A DNA stretch of 64,000 nucleotides from a virus: positions 30,543 to 94,542 of the IMG/VR virus record IMGVR_UViG_3300028569_000020; one strand, 5' to 3'. Below the pieces are notes generated by a model. The model searched no databases. It worked only from the letters and a program-made list of their open reading frames with translations, and was not told the origin of the DNA. Below, in pieces: positions 29,729-38,976 of the stretch (position 1 is its first letter; every line of letters begins with the position of its first letter). The translations under genes and the position numbers were made by a program.

Positions 29729-30859
29729 ATGTCCGATATGTTAAACGAAAAGTTTGGGGAATTTATTGCTGAAACTGGTGATCCAATGCCATCAGTTGGA
29801 AGTTCTGTTGTACCTGGTAGTGCCACCGCTAGTGGCTACATGAAACCAGTAACAGGTCAATCAAGCACAGCAGTAAATGCTAATGCTTCAAACGGAAAAG
29901 ATCCAATGCCAACAGTGCCAACTTCAGTTGTGCCTGGTCAATCAACAGAAGATGATGGTGGATCTACTTTTGAAAAACCAGAAGGCGAAGATAATCCTGG
30001 TGCTAAAGCAGCGTCACACAACAAAAAAGTTGCTGACGGTCATGTAACTCGTGACACTCATCAAGATCCAATGCCTTCTCTAAAATCATCAGGTTATCAA
30101 ATTCCAGGTGGACCTAATAATACCAAAGTATTTGGTATGGAAGAAATCGATTATTCATCTGATGATGACATCGAAGCTCTCGTAGAAGGAGAAGTAATTT
30201 CAGAGACATTCAAAGAAAAAGCAAAAACAATCTTTGAAGCTGCAGTCAAATCAAAAATTGCTGAGCAAGTAAATTCAATTCAAGAGCAATACACAAACAG
30301 ACTTTCGGAAGAAGTAGAAACCATTAAAGTTTCTCTTTCTGGAAAAGTAGATGAAGTCCTCAACTACGCTATTCAAAATTGGGTAGAAGAAAACGTAGTT
30401 GCCATCGATACAGGTCTCAAGCTAGAAATTGCTGAGAACTTTATGAGAGGTCTTAAATCAGTTTTTGAAGATAACTATCTCGATATTCCTGATGACAAAA
30501 TAGATGTTGTCGAATCATTGAATACCGAACTTTGTGAAATGGAGGAGCGCCTGACCGAACAGCTTGAGCGCAATATTGAATTACATAATCGTCTTTCTGG
30601 ATCTAGCAAAACTGTAATTTTAAATCAAATTTCTGAAGGTCTTGCTGATACACAAAAAGAAAAACTAGCTTCATTAGCAGAAGGTATTGAGTTTGTTTCG
30701 GAAGAAAATTTTGTTAAGAAACTTTCAACTCTTAAGGAATCATATTTCCCTAAATCTGTTACTAAAGAAATAGTAGACGAAACCCCAGTAGATGGTGAAG
30801 GTCAAGACCTGTCACCTTCAATGCAGTCCTACATGTCTGCCATTGCTCGCTGGTCATAA
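29729..30859 (+). CDS. gp22: Prohead scaffold gp22
   Basis: FKEKAKTIFEAAV; acidic coiled coil; KESYF; located between gp21 and gp23. Confidence 0.9.
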   Translation: MSDMLNEKFGEFIAETGDPMPSVGSSVVPGSATASGYMKPVTGQSSTAVNANASNGKDPMPTVPTSVVPGQSTEDDGGSTFEKPEGEDNPGAKAASHNKKVADGHVTRDTHQDPMPSLKSSGYQIPGGPNNTKVFGMEEIDYSSDDDIEALVEGEVISETFKEKAKTIFEAAVKSKIAEQVNSIQEQYTNRLSEEVETIKVSLSGKVDEVLNYAIQNWVEENVVAIDTGLKLEIAENFMRGLKSVFEDNYLDIPDDKIDVVESLNTELCEMEERLTEQLERNIELHNRLSGSSKTVILNQISEGLADTQKEKLASLAEGIEFVSEENFVKKLSTLKESYFPKSVTKEIVDETPVDGEGQDLSPSMQSYMSAIARWS

Positions 30860-30927
30860 CACTGATAATATAAATAATAATAATATTATTAACCCAATTT
30901 TTTCCAAACATCCAATAGGAGTTTAAA

Positions 30928-32319
30928 ATGTTTAACGCAGAAATGTTACAGGAAAAGTGGGCACCTGTTCTCAATCATTCAGGAGTCTCAGAGATTGCTG
31001 ATAGACACAGAAAAGCTGTTACCGCTGTCCTTTTAGAAAATCAAGAAAAATTCATGCGTGAAGAGCGCGGCATCCTCAATGAGGTTGGCGTAAACTTTGC
31101 AGGCGCAACAAATATGACAGGTGCTGCATCAAACACTGGCGCTATCGCTGGTTTTGATCCTGTGCTTATCAGCTTAATCCGCAGAGCAATGCCTAACCTC
31201 GTTGCATATGATATCTGTGGCGTACAACCAATGAGCGGTCCTACTGGACTTATCTTCGCTATGAAAGCGAAGTATGAGAATCAAGGAGGCGAAGAAGCAT
31301 TCTACAACGAGCCTGATGCAGGTTTCTCTGGTGGATCAGATGCTTCCCAAGGCGCTTACGGTGTGCGTAACCAGGCTGGCACTGGCGGAGACATGGAGGG
31401 TAACAACCCTGCAGTTCTTAACGATTCTAGCCCTGGCACATATGAGCTCGGATCTAAGTTAACTCGTGCTCAGTCTGAAGGACTTGGCGAATCTGGCGCC
31501 CTCTTCCGTGAGATGGCATTCAGTATCGAAAAGACTTCGGTTACTGCAAAATCAAGAGCACTCAAGGCAGAATACACTCTAGAGCTTGCACAAGACCTCA
31601 AGGCTATTCATGGTCTTGATGCTGAGCAAGAGCTTGCTAACATTCTCTCTTCAGAGATTCTTGCCGAAATCAACCGCGAAATTATTCGCACCGTTTATTT
31701 CGTTGCTAAGAAAGGTGCTCAGCACAATGTTGCAACTCCTGGTGTATTTGATCTCGATGTTGATTCCAACGGTCGTTGGATGGCAGAGAAGTTCAAAGGT
31801 CTTCTATTCCAAATTGATCGCGATGCTAATGCTATCGCTCAAGAAACACGTAGAGGTAAGGGCAACTTCATCATCTGCTCAGCAGACGTTGCTTCCGCTC
31901 TTAACTTAACTGGCGCTTTAGATTACGCTCCTGCTCTCAGCACTTCAATGAATGTTGATGACACTGGAAACGTATTCGCTGGCACACTCAACGGTCGTGT
32001 TAAAGTATACATCGATCCATTCGGTGGTCCTTCATATACTCAAAGTAATGCCTCTAAGCACTACTACGTGATGGGTTATAAAGGCACCTCACCTTATGAC
32101 GCTGGACTCTTCTACTGCCCTTACGTGCCCCTTCAGATGGTGCGTAGTATCGGTCAGGATACCTTCCAGCCTAAGATCGGATTCAAGACTCGCTATGGCA
32201 TGGTTGCTAACCCATTCGTTACCGTTGACGGTGCTTTTGGATCTGCTCCTACAGGCGAGACAATGAATGCAAATTCAAACCAGTACTACAGAAGAGTACA
32301 AATCATCAACATCAACTGA
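30928..32319 (+). CDS. gp23: Major capsid protein gp23
   Basis: LISLIRRAMPNL.AYDICGVQPMSGPTGLIFAM; YCPYVPLQM; FQPKIGFKTRYG; TATAAATA at 30869. Confidence 0.99.
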   Translation: MFNAEMLQEKWAPVLNHSGVSEIADRHRKAVTAVLLENQEKFMREERGILNEVGVNFAGATNMTGAASNTGAIAGFDPVLISLIRRAMPNLVAYDICGVQPMSGPTGLIFAMKAKYENQGGEEAFYNEPDAGFSGGSDASQGAYGVRNQAGTGGDMEGNNPAVLNDSSPGTYELGSKLTRAQSEGLGESGALFREMAFSIEKTSVTAKSRALKAEYTLELAQDLKAIHGLDAEQELANILSSEILAEINREIIRTVYFVAKKGAQHNVATPGVFDLDVDSNGRWMAEKFKGLLFQIDRDANAIAQETRRGKGNFIICSADVASALNLTGALDYAPALSTSMNVDDTGNVFAGTLNGRVKVYIDPFGGPSYTQSNASKHYYVMGYKGTSPYDAGLFYCPYVPLQMVRSIGQDTFQPKIGFKTRYGMVANPFVTVDGAFGSAPTGETMNANSNQYYRRVQIININ

Positions 32320-32336
32320 TTCAGTTTGTTGAATTC

Positions 32337-32364
32337 AAAGACTCCCGAAAGGGGGTCTTTTTTT
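32337..32364 (+). terminator. Intrinsic terminator after gp23
   Basis: AAGACTCCC-GAAA-GGGGGTCTT plus a T-tract, followed by the late motif AATAAATA at 32370. Confidence 0.85.
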
Positions 32365-32390
32365 ATGCGAATAAATAATAATAAAAGATT

Positions 32391-32906
32391 ATGGGACAGA
32401 CTAAGTGGTATTCAGAGCAACCGAAAAATAGAAATTTTCTTGCTCCAGTAGGATTTAAGATGGAATTAGATCTATTTGTAGGCGTAGATTTTTTCTGTCA
32501 ACGAGCAAATATTCCTGATATAACATTACCGTATACTGAAGTGCCAACAAGGTTTAGAAGTTTCCCTATCGCTTCTGCTGGAGGAATACAAACAGGCGAT
32601 TTAAATTTAACATTTATTATTGATGAAGAATTAAAAAATTATATGACTATTCAAAACTGGATAAAGAAAAATGGATTATACGAAGAGCATAGTAATTCAG
32701 AAGCAGAGTATTCTGGAGGAAGATTAGAAATCACAACAAGTAATTTTAATATTGCTGCATATGTTTCATACGAAAATCTTTTTCCAATATCTTTATCTGA
32801 TGTTAGATTTGATGTATCCGACACAGACGTAGAATACTTTACTGCCGAAGCATCATTTAAATACACTTCTTTTGAAATTAGAAATAAACGTAATATAAAA
32901 TTATGA
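32391..32906 (+). CDS. gp3: Tail tube terminator/completion gp3
   Basis: NRNFLAPVGF; FFCQ.ANIP; F.IDE.L.NY; FP.SLS. Confidence 0.88.
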   Translation: MGQTKWYSEQPKNRNFLAPVGFKMELDLFVGVDFFCQRANIPDITLPYTEVPTRFRSFPIASAGGIQTGDLNLTFIIDEELKNYMTIQNWIKKNGLYEEHSNSEAEYSGGRLEITTSNFNIAAYVSYENLFPISLSDVRFDVSDTDVEYFTAEASFKYTSFEIRNKRNIKL

Positions 32907-33376
32907 AATTTGATCATTTGAAAACACTTTTTAATCATGTTAAATCAGAATGGCAAGCAGACTCACATATAGACTTTGAATTTAAAAATAAACAATACTC
33001 AGCAGACCTAGCACAAATTTCTTTAGACATTCCTTATCAGCACAACAAATACTTAAACTTCTACACAGACTTCTCAACAGAAAAAACGGCACTGGAATTT
33101 CAGTATCGCATAAAGTTAAAAGAGAAACGAGAATACTATCAAGGAGAAGCAGACCCAGAGATATACAAAGAAAAACCTTTTGGGCAATCTATCAAGACCT
33201 CAGAAAAAATGAAAGTTTATCTAGAGGCAGACGAAGATTTAATTAATATAGAAATAAAAATAGAGTTTATTAGTAAGGCTTTATTCTTCTTAGATAATAT
33301 TCTTAAGATGATATCAAACAGGTCTTTCCAAATCAAAAATGCCATCGAATGGGAAAAATTCATCAACGGTAACTAA
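32903..33376 (+). CDS. uvsY: Recombination mediator UvsY
   Basis: IP..H.KY; YY.G.A; R.FQIKNAIEW.KF. Confidence 0.9.
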   Translation: MKFDHLKTLFNHVKSEWQADSHIDFEFKNKQYSADLAQISLDIPYQHNKYLNFYTDFSTEKTALEFQYRIKLKEKREYYQGEADPEIYKEKPFGQSIKTSEKMKVYLEADEDLINIEIKIEFISKALFFLDNILKMISNRSFQIKNAIEWEKFINGN

Positions 33377-34839
33377 TGAATAAAATTGTAGTTAAAAAGA
33401 AAAACGAAGTCTTTTTACAAATTTCTGCAGATCCTGGAATACACATGGAATTATCAGACTACTTTATGTTTGATGTTCCTAACGCTAAATTTATGCCACT
33501 CTACAGAAACAAAATGTGGGATGGAAAAGTAAGATTATATTCTCCTGGTAACGGAGAATTATATTGTGGACTGGCGGATCATCTAAGAGAATGGGCATCT
33601 TTTAAAAATTACGATTTACTTTTTGAAGACAATAAATTTTATGGTAGCGTTGATGAAAAAGATGAGTTGGTATCTTTAGAAGGCGTAAAATATTTTATGG
33701 ATAAAATTTGTGTAAAACACAAACCAAGAGATTATCAATATAAAGCTGTTTACGAAGCTTTAAAACACAATAGAAAACTTTTGTTATCACCAACAGCATC
33801 AGGTAAGTCATTAATGATTTATTCTTTGGTGCGATATTACATTGCTAATCACAAACGTATTTTAATTATTGTGCCAACAACATCTTTAGTTGAGCAAATG
33901 TATTCTGACTTTGAGGATTATGGTTGGGATGCAGAAGAGCATTGCAAAAAAGTATATGGTGGTAAAGACAAAAATACAGATAAAGAAGTAATTATTTCTA
34001 CATGGCAATCAATTTATAAATTTCCTAAAAGATATTTTGATGATTTTCAATGTGTGATAGGAGATGAAGCGCATTTATTTAAATCAAAATCTTTAATCAG
34101 TATCATGACAAAACTACATGAAGCAAAATATAGATTTGGTTTTACTGGTACGCTTGATGGATCTGCTACACATAAATGGGTGCTTGAAGGATTGTTTGGT
34201 CCCTGCGCACAAGTTACAAAAACAGATAAGCTAATTAAAGAAGGACACTTATCTGAATTTCAAATTAAAATTCTTTTGTTAAAACACGAATCACAAATGT
34301 TTTTTACTTACCAAGAAGAAATTGATTATTTAATAGATAATCAAAAACGTAATAATTTAATTAAAAATTTAGTCAAAGATTTAAAAGGAAACACGTTGGT
34401 CTTATTTAATTATGTTGAGCGTCATGGAATGCCTTTATATGAGAAGATAAATAGTAGCGTAAGTAAAGAAAGAAAAGTTTTCTTTGTTTATGGTGGAGTG
34501 GATACAGAAGAAAGAGAAAGGATTAGAAGTATTACAGAGCAAGAAACTGACGCTATTATCATTGCTTCCTACGGTACATTTAGCACTGGAATTAATATTA
34601 AAAGATTACACAATATTGTGTTTGCTTCTCCATCAAAATCAAGAGTAAGAAATTTACAGTCTATTGGTAGAGTATTACGTAAAGGAGAAGGAAAAGAGAT
34701 AGCTACTCTTTATGATATTGCTGATGACATATCTGAAAAACCTCATAAAAATTATACGTTAAAACATTTAGAAGAAAGAATCAACATTTATAAAGAAGAA
34801 AACTTCAAGTATGAAATTATAAAAATTAACATAGGGTAA
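33376..34839 (+). CDS. uvsW: SF2 helicase UvsW
   Basis: WDGK.RL; SPTASGKS; GDEAH; QSIGRVLR. Confidence 0.96.
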   Translation: MNKIVVKKKNEVFLQISADPGIHMELSDYFMFDVPNAKFMPLYRNKMWDGKVRLYSPGNGELYCGLADHLREWASFKNYDLLFEDNKFYGSVDEKDELVSLEGVKYFMDKICVKHKPRDYQYKAVYEALKHNRKLLLSPTASGKSLMIYSLVRYYIANHKRILIIVPTTSLVEQMYSDFEDYGWDAEEHCKKVYGGKDKNTDKEVIISTWQSIYKFPKRYFDDFQCVIGDEAHLFKSKSLISIMTKLHEAKYRFGFTGTLDGSATHKWVLEGLFGPCAQVTKTDKLIKEGHLSEFQIKILLLKHESQMFFTYQEEIDYLIDNQKRNNLIKNLVKDLKGNTLVLFNYVERHGMPLYEKINSSVSKERKVFFVYGGVDTEERERIRSITEQETDAIIIASYGTFSTGINIKRLHNIVFASPSKSRVRNLQSIGRVLRKGEGKEIATLYDIADDISEKPHKNYTLKHLEERINIYKEENFKYEIIKINIG

Positions 34840-34841
34840 TC

Positions 34842-35234
34842 ATGGAAGAAGAATTTTATGCATCAATAAAATTAATGTCAGGTGAAGAAATAGTAGCAAA
34901 AGTTTCTTACGATGCAGATGAAGATGTACTAATAATTGAAAATCCTCGTAAAGTAAATACTGTAGACTTAAGAAGTAAAGGCGGAAACGCAAAAGGATTT
35001 ACTTTTGAAAGTTGGATATCGGCAACCTATGATGAATTGTTTATAATAAAAAAAGATCATATTCTCACTATAACTCAGTTAGATTCTAAGATAGAAAAGT
35101 TTTATATAAAATATTTGTTAAAAGAAAACGATAATGATTATTCTACCAAAGTCGATGTTAAGGATCAAAAAGGATATTTAACATCAATCAAAGAAGCCCG
35201 TAGAGTACTTGAAGATCTTTATAATAGAAGTTAA
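34842..35234 (+). CDS. Conserved T4-like hypothetical, predicted Sm-like beta-barrel
   Basis: IKL.SGEEI.A.V...I.NP...W pattern. Confidence 0.7.
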   Translation: MEEEFYASIKLMSGEEIVAKVSYDADEDVLIIENPRKVNTVDLRSKGGNAKGFTFESWISATYDELFIIKKDHILTITQLDSKIEKFYIKYLLKENDNDYSTKVDVKDQKGYLTSIKEARRVLEDLYNRS

Positions 35235-35259
35235 ACACCTTTGAAACTCCACATCGTTA

Positions 35260-35288
35260 ATTATACAGCAATTCTCTGGGTCTGTCAA
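35260..35288 (-). promoter_or_regulatory. Perfect sigma70 promoter on the minus strand (antisense to ORF 34842/uvsW)
   Basis: The reverse complement reads TTGACA-gacccagagaattgctg(17)-TATAAT. Confidence 0.75.
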
Positions 35289-35293
35289 GCCCC

Positions 35294-35322
35294 TTGCAAA
35301 ATCCATGATTTCATGTTACAAT
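35294..35322 (+). promoter_or_regulatory. Sigma70-like promoter for gp55
   Basis: TTGCAA-17-TACAAT with TG extension. Confidence 0.7.
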
Positions 35323-35343
35323 ATAGGTAAAGAATTAATTTAA

Positions 35344-35877
35344 ATGGCAAAAAGAAAAACTGAAAACTATGTCAACAACAGAGATTTTTTAGATTCTTTA
35401 ATGATCTATCGTAAAATGGTAGAGCAAGATTTCTTTGAAAAAAATGACAGGTATCCAGATAAACAAGATAGATCAAAGAATTGGGAAGGTAAGCCTAGAG
35501 TACCTCATTATATTGGAGAGTGCTTTCTGAAAATTGCTACTCACCTATCATACAAACCAAACTTTGTAAACTATATGTTTAGAGAAGATATGATATGTGA
35601 CGGCATTGAAAATTGTCTTCAATATATTCATAACTTTGATCCAGGAAAATCTACTAATCCTTTTGCTTATTTTACACAAATTATTTACTTTGCTTTCTTG
35701 CGCCGTATTTCAAAAGAAAAGAAACAACTAGAGATCAAATCAAAGATACTAGAAAGATCTGGGTTTGATGAAGTATTACATATGGATAGCCACACTGGTG
35801 ATATGATAGGATATAATGGTATCTCGTCAGATATGAATAGCATTAAGGAAACTCTTGAAATGAGATCTAAACGATGA
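35344..35877 (+). CDS. gp55: Late-transcription sigma factor gp55
   Basis: YVNN.DF; IGECFLKIATHLSYKPNF.NY; NPFAYFTQI.YFAFLRRI.KEKKQ. Confidence 0.96.
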   Translation: MAKRKTENYVNNRDFLDSLMIYRKMVEQDFFEKNDRYPDKQDRSKNWEGKPRVPHYIGECFLKIATHLSYKPNFVNYMFREDMICDGIENCLQYIHNFDPGKSTNPFAYFTQIIYFAFLRRISKEKKQLEIKSKILERSGFDEVLHMDSHTGDMIGYNGISSDMNSIKETLEMRSKR

Positions 35878-36923
35878 CGATTGCTCTTATAACGGATCAG
35901 CATCTTGACGGAAGAAAAGGTAGTATTGCTTTTTGGGAATACTTTCAAAAGTTTTATGACGATGTATTCTTTCCTACGCTAGAAAAGCATAACATCAAAA
36001 CAATCATTGACTTAGGAGATACCTTTGACAATCGTAAAGGTATTGATTTCAGTGTATGGAATCGTGTGCGTCGTAACTACTTTGAGCGTCTGGAAGATAT
36101 GGGTATCTTCGTTCATATGATTCTTGGTAATCATTGTGTCTACTACAAGAATACAAACGAGATTAACTCACCAGAGCTTCTACTTAAAGATTTCAACAAC
36201 ATCGAAATTTATGCTGAGCCAGAAGCAGTGATGATAGACGGCACTAAGATTCTAATGTTGCCTTGGATCAACTCAAACAACTATGATGATGCCATGAAGC
36301 ATCTTGAAGACACCAGTGCTGAGATTGTAATGGGTCACTTAGAGCTAGATGGATTCGAAGTAAATTCTGGTATGAAACACGAAGGTGGTATGAAACCAGA
36401 AATCTTCTCTAAATTCAAACAAGTATTCTCAGGTCACTTTCATCATAAATCAACAAAAGGTAATGTCACTTACTTAGGTAATCCTTACCAGATGTTTTGG
36501 AATGATTATAAAGACGAGCGAGGATTTCATCTCTATGAACCAAAAACAAATAAACTCAAGCGGGTCAAGAACCCTTATGAGATTTTCCAAAAAATCTATT
36601 ACAATGATTCTACTGATTCTCATCTCAGCTTCGATACCAGTATCTGTAAAAATTCTTTTGTCAAGATTATAGTAGATAGTAAAAAAGATTATCTAGCATT
36701 TGAAAAATTTGTTGATACAATCTTTTCTCAACAACCTCATGATGTAAAGATTATAGAAACTTTAGTCAATGACACTACTGAAGATATTGATGAAAACCTT
36801 GAGATTAAAGATACATTAACTCTTCTCAATGAATACATTGACGAAGTGGAGTTAACCGTCAATAAAGATAAACTCAAAAACCTGATGAAGACACTATATA
36901 TTGAAAGTTGTGAGGTAGTATGA
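35874..36923 (+). CDS. gp47: Recombination endonuclease subunit gp47 (Mre11-like)
   Basis: DQH, LGDTFDNRK, GNH, GHLE, SGHFH metallophosphoesterase motifs. Confidence 0.95.
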   Translation: MTIALITDQHLDGRKGSIAFWEYFQKFYDDVFFPTLEKHNIKTIIDLGDTFDNRKGIDFSVWNRVRRNYFERLEDMGIFVHMILGNHCVYYKNTNEINSPELLLKDFNNIEIYAEPEAVMIDGTKILMLPWINSNNYDDAMKHLEDTSAEIVMGHLELDGFEVNSGMKHEGGMKPEIFSKFKQVFSGHFHHKSTKGNVTYLGNPYQMFWNDYKDERGFHLYEPKTNKLKRVKNPYEIFQKIYYNDSTDSHLSFDTSICKNSFVKIIVDSKKDYLAFEKFVDTIFSQQPHDVKIIETLVNDTTEDIDENLEIKDTLTLLNEYIDEVELTVNKDKLKNLMKTLYIESCEVV

Positions 36924-37193
36924 ATGTTTTTAATCTGCTTGCAGGATCATCCAGAAGGAGTTTATTCTGTGATATCGGAAGATGGAGAACATGTCATTTT
37001 ATTCTTTGAAGAAGAAGAAGATGCTGAGCGATATTTGGGATTACTTATTGATAACGATAATACTACTAACTTACCAAAATTAGAAATTAACGAAACTGAT
37101 ATTGACATTGCATCAAAAATATGCGAGAATAAAGGATACTGTTACACTATAGTTACTCCTAACGATTTTATAATACCTCCCACAAATACATGA
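36924..37193 (+). CDS. DUF3110-like hypothetical
   Basis: EGVYSV...LFFEEEEDAERY.GLL motif; family assignment from memory. Confidence 0.6.
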   Translation: MFLICLQDHPEGVYSVISEDGEHVILFFEEEEDAERYLGLLIDNDNTTNLPKLEINETDIDIASKICENKGYCYTIVTPNDFIIPPTNT

Positions 37194-38914
37194 TAATTTT
37201 CAAGACGATTAAATGGAAAAACTTTCTCTCGACAGGAAATCAATTTACTGAAGTTGAATTAACAAAAGAAAAAAGCACAATTATTCTGGGAGCAAATGGA
37301 GCTGGTAAGAGCACCATTTTAGATGCTCTCACTTTTGCTTTGTTTGCTAAACCATTTAGAAAAATTAACAAACCTCAATTACTTAATTCAATTAATCAGA
37401 CTGATTGTGTAACTGAGTTAGAATTTGATATTGGTAATAATAAATACAAAGTGGTGCGTGGCATAAAACCAGCAAAGTTTGAAATTTATCAAAATGGTGA
37501 AGCACTAAATCAAGACGCTTCTGTTGTAGATCAACAGAAACACTTTGAGCAGACTATTTTGAAAATGAATTATAAATCATTTACTCAAATTGTAGTGCTG
37601 GGCTCATCAACTTTTATTCCTTTCATGCGTTTGTCTTTGTCAGCTCGCAGAGAAATCATCGAAGATATTCTTGACATTCAAATCTTCTCGACTATGAATG
37701 TCAATTTAAAAGAAAAATTTAAAATTATTAATGATGAATTAAAAGATCACGAATATAATCTATCGCTTATCAAAGAAAAAATTGATATGCAGAAAAATTT
37801 TATGATTGACTTGGAAAAAAAGAATAAAGAAGATATTGTAGAAAAAGAAAAACGAAAGGAAACTTTGCTAATTGAAGCATTAAATCATGAAACCGAAATC
37901 ATCAGCAACGACGAGACAATCAACAAAAAGACATTTGCCGTTTCAGACACAAAGAAAATTAAGGCAACGATCTCTAAGGTTGATTCGATCAAGAACAAAA
38001 TTACAACCAAGCAAAAGTCATATAATAAAGAAAAAATATTCTTTCAGCAGAATGATTCGTGCCCGACATGTGGGCAATCGATTGAGGAGCATTTTAAACA
38101 GGAGAAGATCACGCTTCTCTCGGATAAACTTGTTGAGGTGGAGAAAGCTATGTCTGATTTGGGACAACAACTTTCCGATCTCCAAAGTCAAGAAGATACC
38201 TTTATTCTTTTGATTGATGAAATTAATGATCTCAATCAAAAAAATAAACACTTAACGAATGACATTAAATCACTTCATAGAAGAATTGAGGAGTTGGACG
38301 ACGATATCGGAAAACTGCGGGATTCGGATGTCAATCAACGGGAGCAGTTTTCAATACTTAAATCACTCGACGAAAAAGGCAAGCGAATCCAAGAAACGGT
38401 TTCAGAAACAAAAGAAGAAAAAGATTGTTTACTCACCGCATCGCAACTCCTCAAAGACTCGGGCATCAAAACGAGAATCATCAAAAAATATTTACCGACA
38501 ATGAATAAACTTATCAATGATTATCTTGATAAGATGGAGTTTTCTACATCATTTATGTTAAACGAAAACTTTGAAGAAATAATCAAATCACGTTATAGGG
38601 ATGAATTTAGTTATGAATCTTTCAGCGAAGGAGAGAAAGCTCGTATTGATATCGCTTTGTTGCTTACTTGGCGCTCTGTTGCTAAACTTAAAAATAGCGT
38701 TGACACTAACCTCCTTATTTTAGATGAAATCTTTGATGGGTCATTAGATCAATCTGGCAACAGTGACTTAAGCTGGATTCTACAAACCTTTGATGAGAAG
38801 ACAAATGTATTTGTAATTTCTCATCGTGATAATATGACAGATAAATTCAATCGCTGCTTGCGATTTGATAAGCATAAGAATTTCTCATACGTCACGGAAG
38901 AAACATCCGAATAA
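37190..38914 (+). CDS. gp46: Recombination ATPase gp46 (Rad50-like)
   Basis: G.NGAGKST; zinc hook CPTCGQ; signature FSEGE; LILDEIFD; ISH. Confidence 0.96.
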   Translation: MIIFKTIKWKNFLSTGNQFTEVELTKEKSTIILGANGAGKSTILDALTFALFAKPFRKINKPQLLNSINQTDCVTELEFDIGNNKYKVVRGIKPAKFEIYQNGEALNQDASVVDQQKHFEQTILKMNYKSFTQIVVLGSSTFIPFMRLSLSARREIIEDILDIQIFSTMNVNLKEKFKIINDELKDHEYNLSLIKEKIDMQKNFMIDLEKKNKEDIVEKEKRKETLLIEALNHETEIISNDETINKKTFAVSDTKKIKATISKVDSIKNKITTKQKSYNKEKIFFQQNDSCPTCGQSIEEHFKQEKITLLSDKLVEVEKAMSDLGQQLSDLQSQEDTFILLIDEINDLNQKNKHLTNDIKSLHRRIEELDDDIGKLRDSDVNQREQFSILKSLDEKGKRIQETVSETKEEKDCLLTASQLLKDSGIKTRIIKKYLPTMNKLINDYLDKMEFSTSFMLNENFEEIIKSRYRDEFSYESFSEGEKARIDIALLLTWRSVAKLKNSVDTNLLILDEIFDGSLDQSGNSDLSWILQTFDEKTNVFVISHRDNMTDKFNRCLRFDKHKNFSYVTEETSE

Positions 38915-38917
38915 TTT

Positions 38918-38954
38918 ATCAGGGGTTGCTTCGGCACCCCTTTTGTCGTATAGT
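38918..38954 (+). promoter_or_regulatory. Early sigma70-like promoter overlapping the gp46 terminator hairpin
   Basis: ATCAGGGG-TTGCTT-17-TATAGT; the same bases form GGGGTTGC-TTCG-GCACCCC-TTTT. Confidence 0.7.
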
Positions 38955-38976
38955 AGGTTTAACGCAAAAGAAACCA

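Noticed and set aside
38926-38976. TTG start of the 720-aa ORF
   Set aside because: It falls on the -35 box/terminator hairpin; ATG 38977 lies downstream of the -10.
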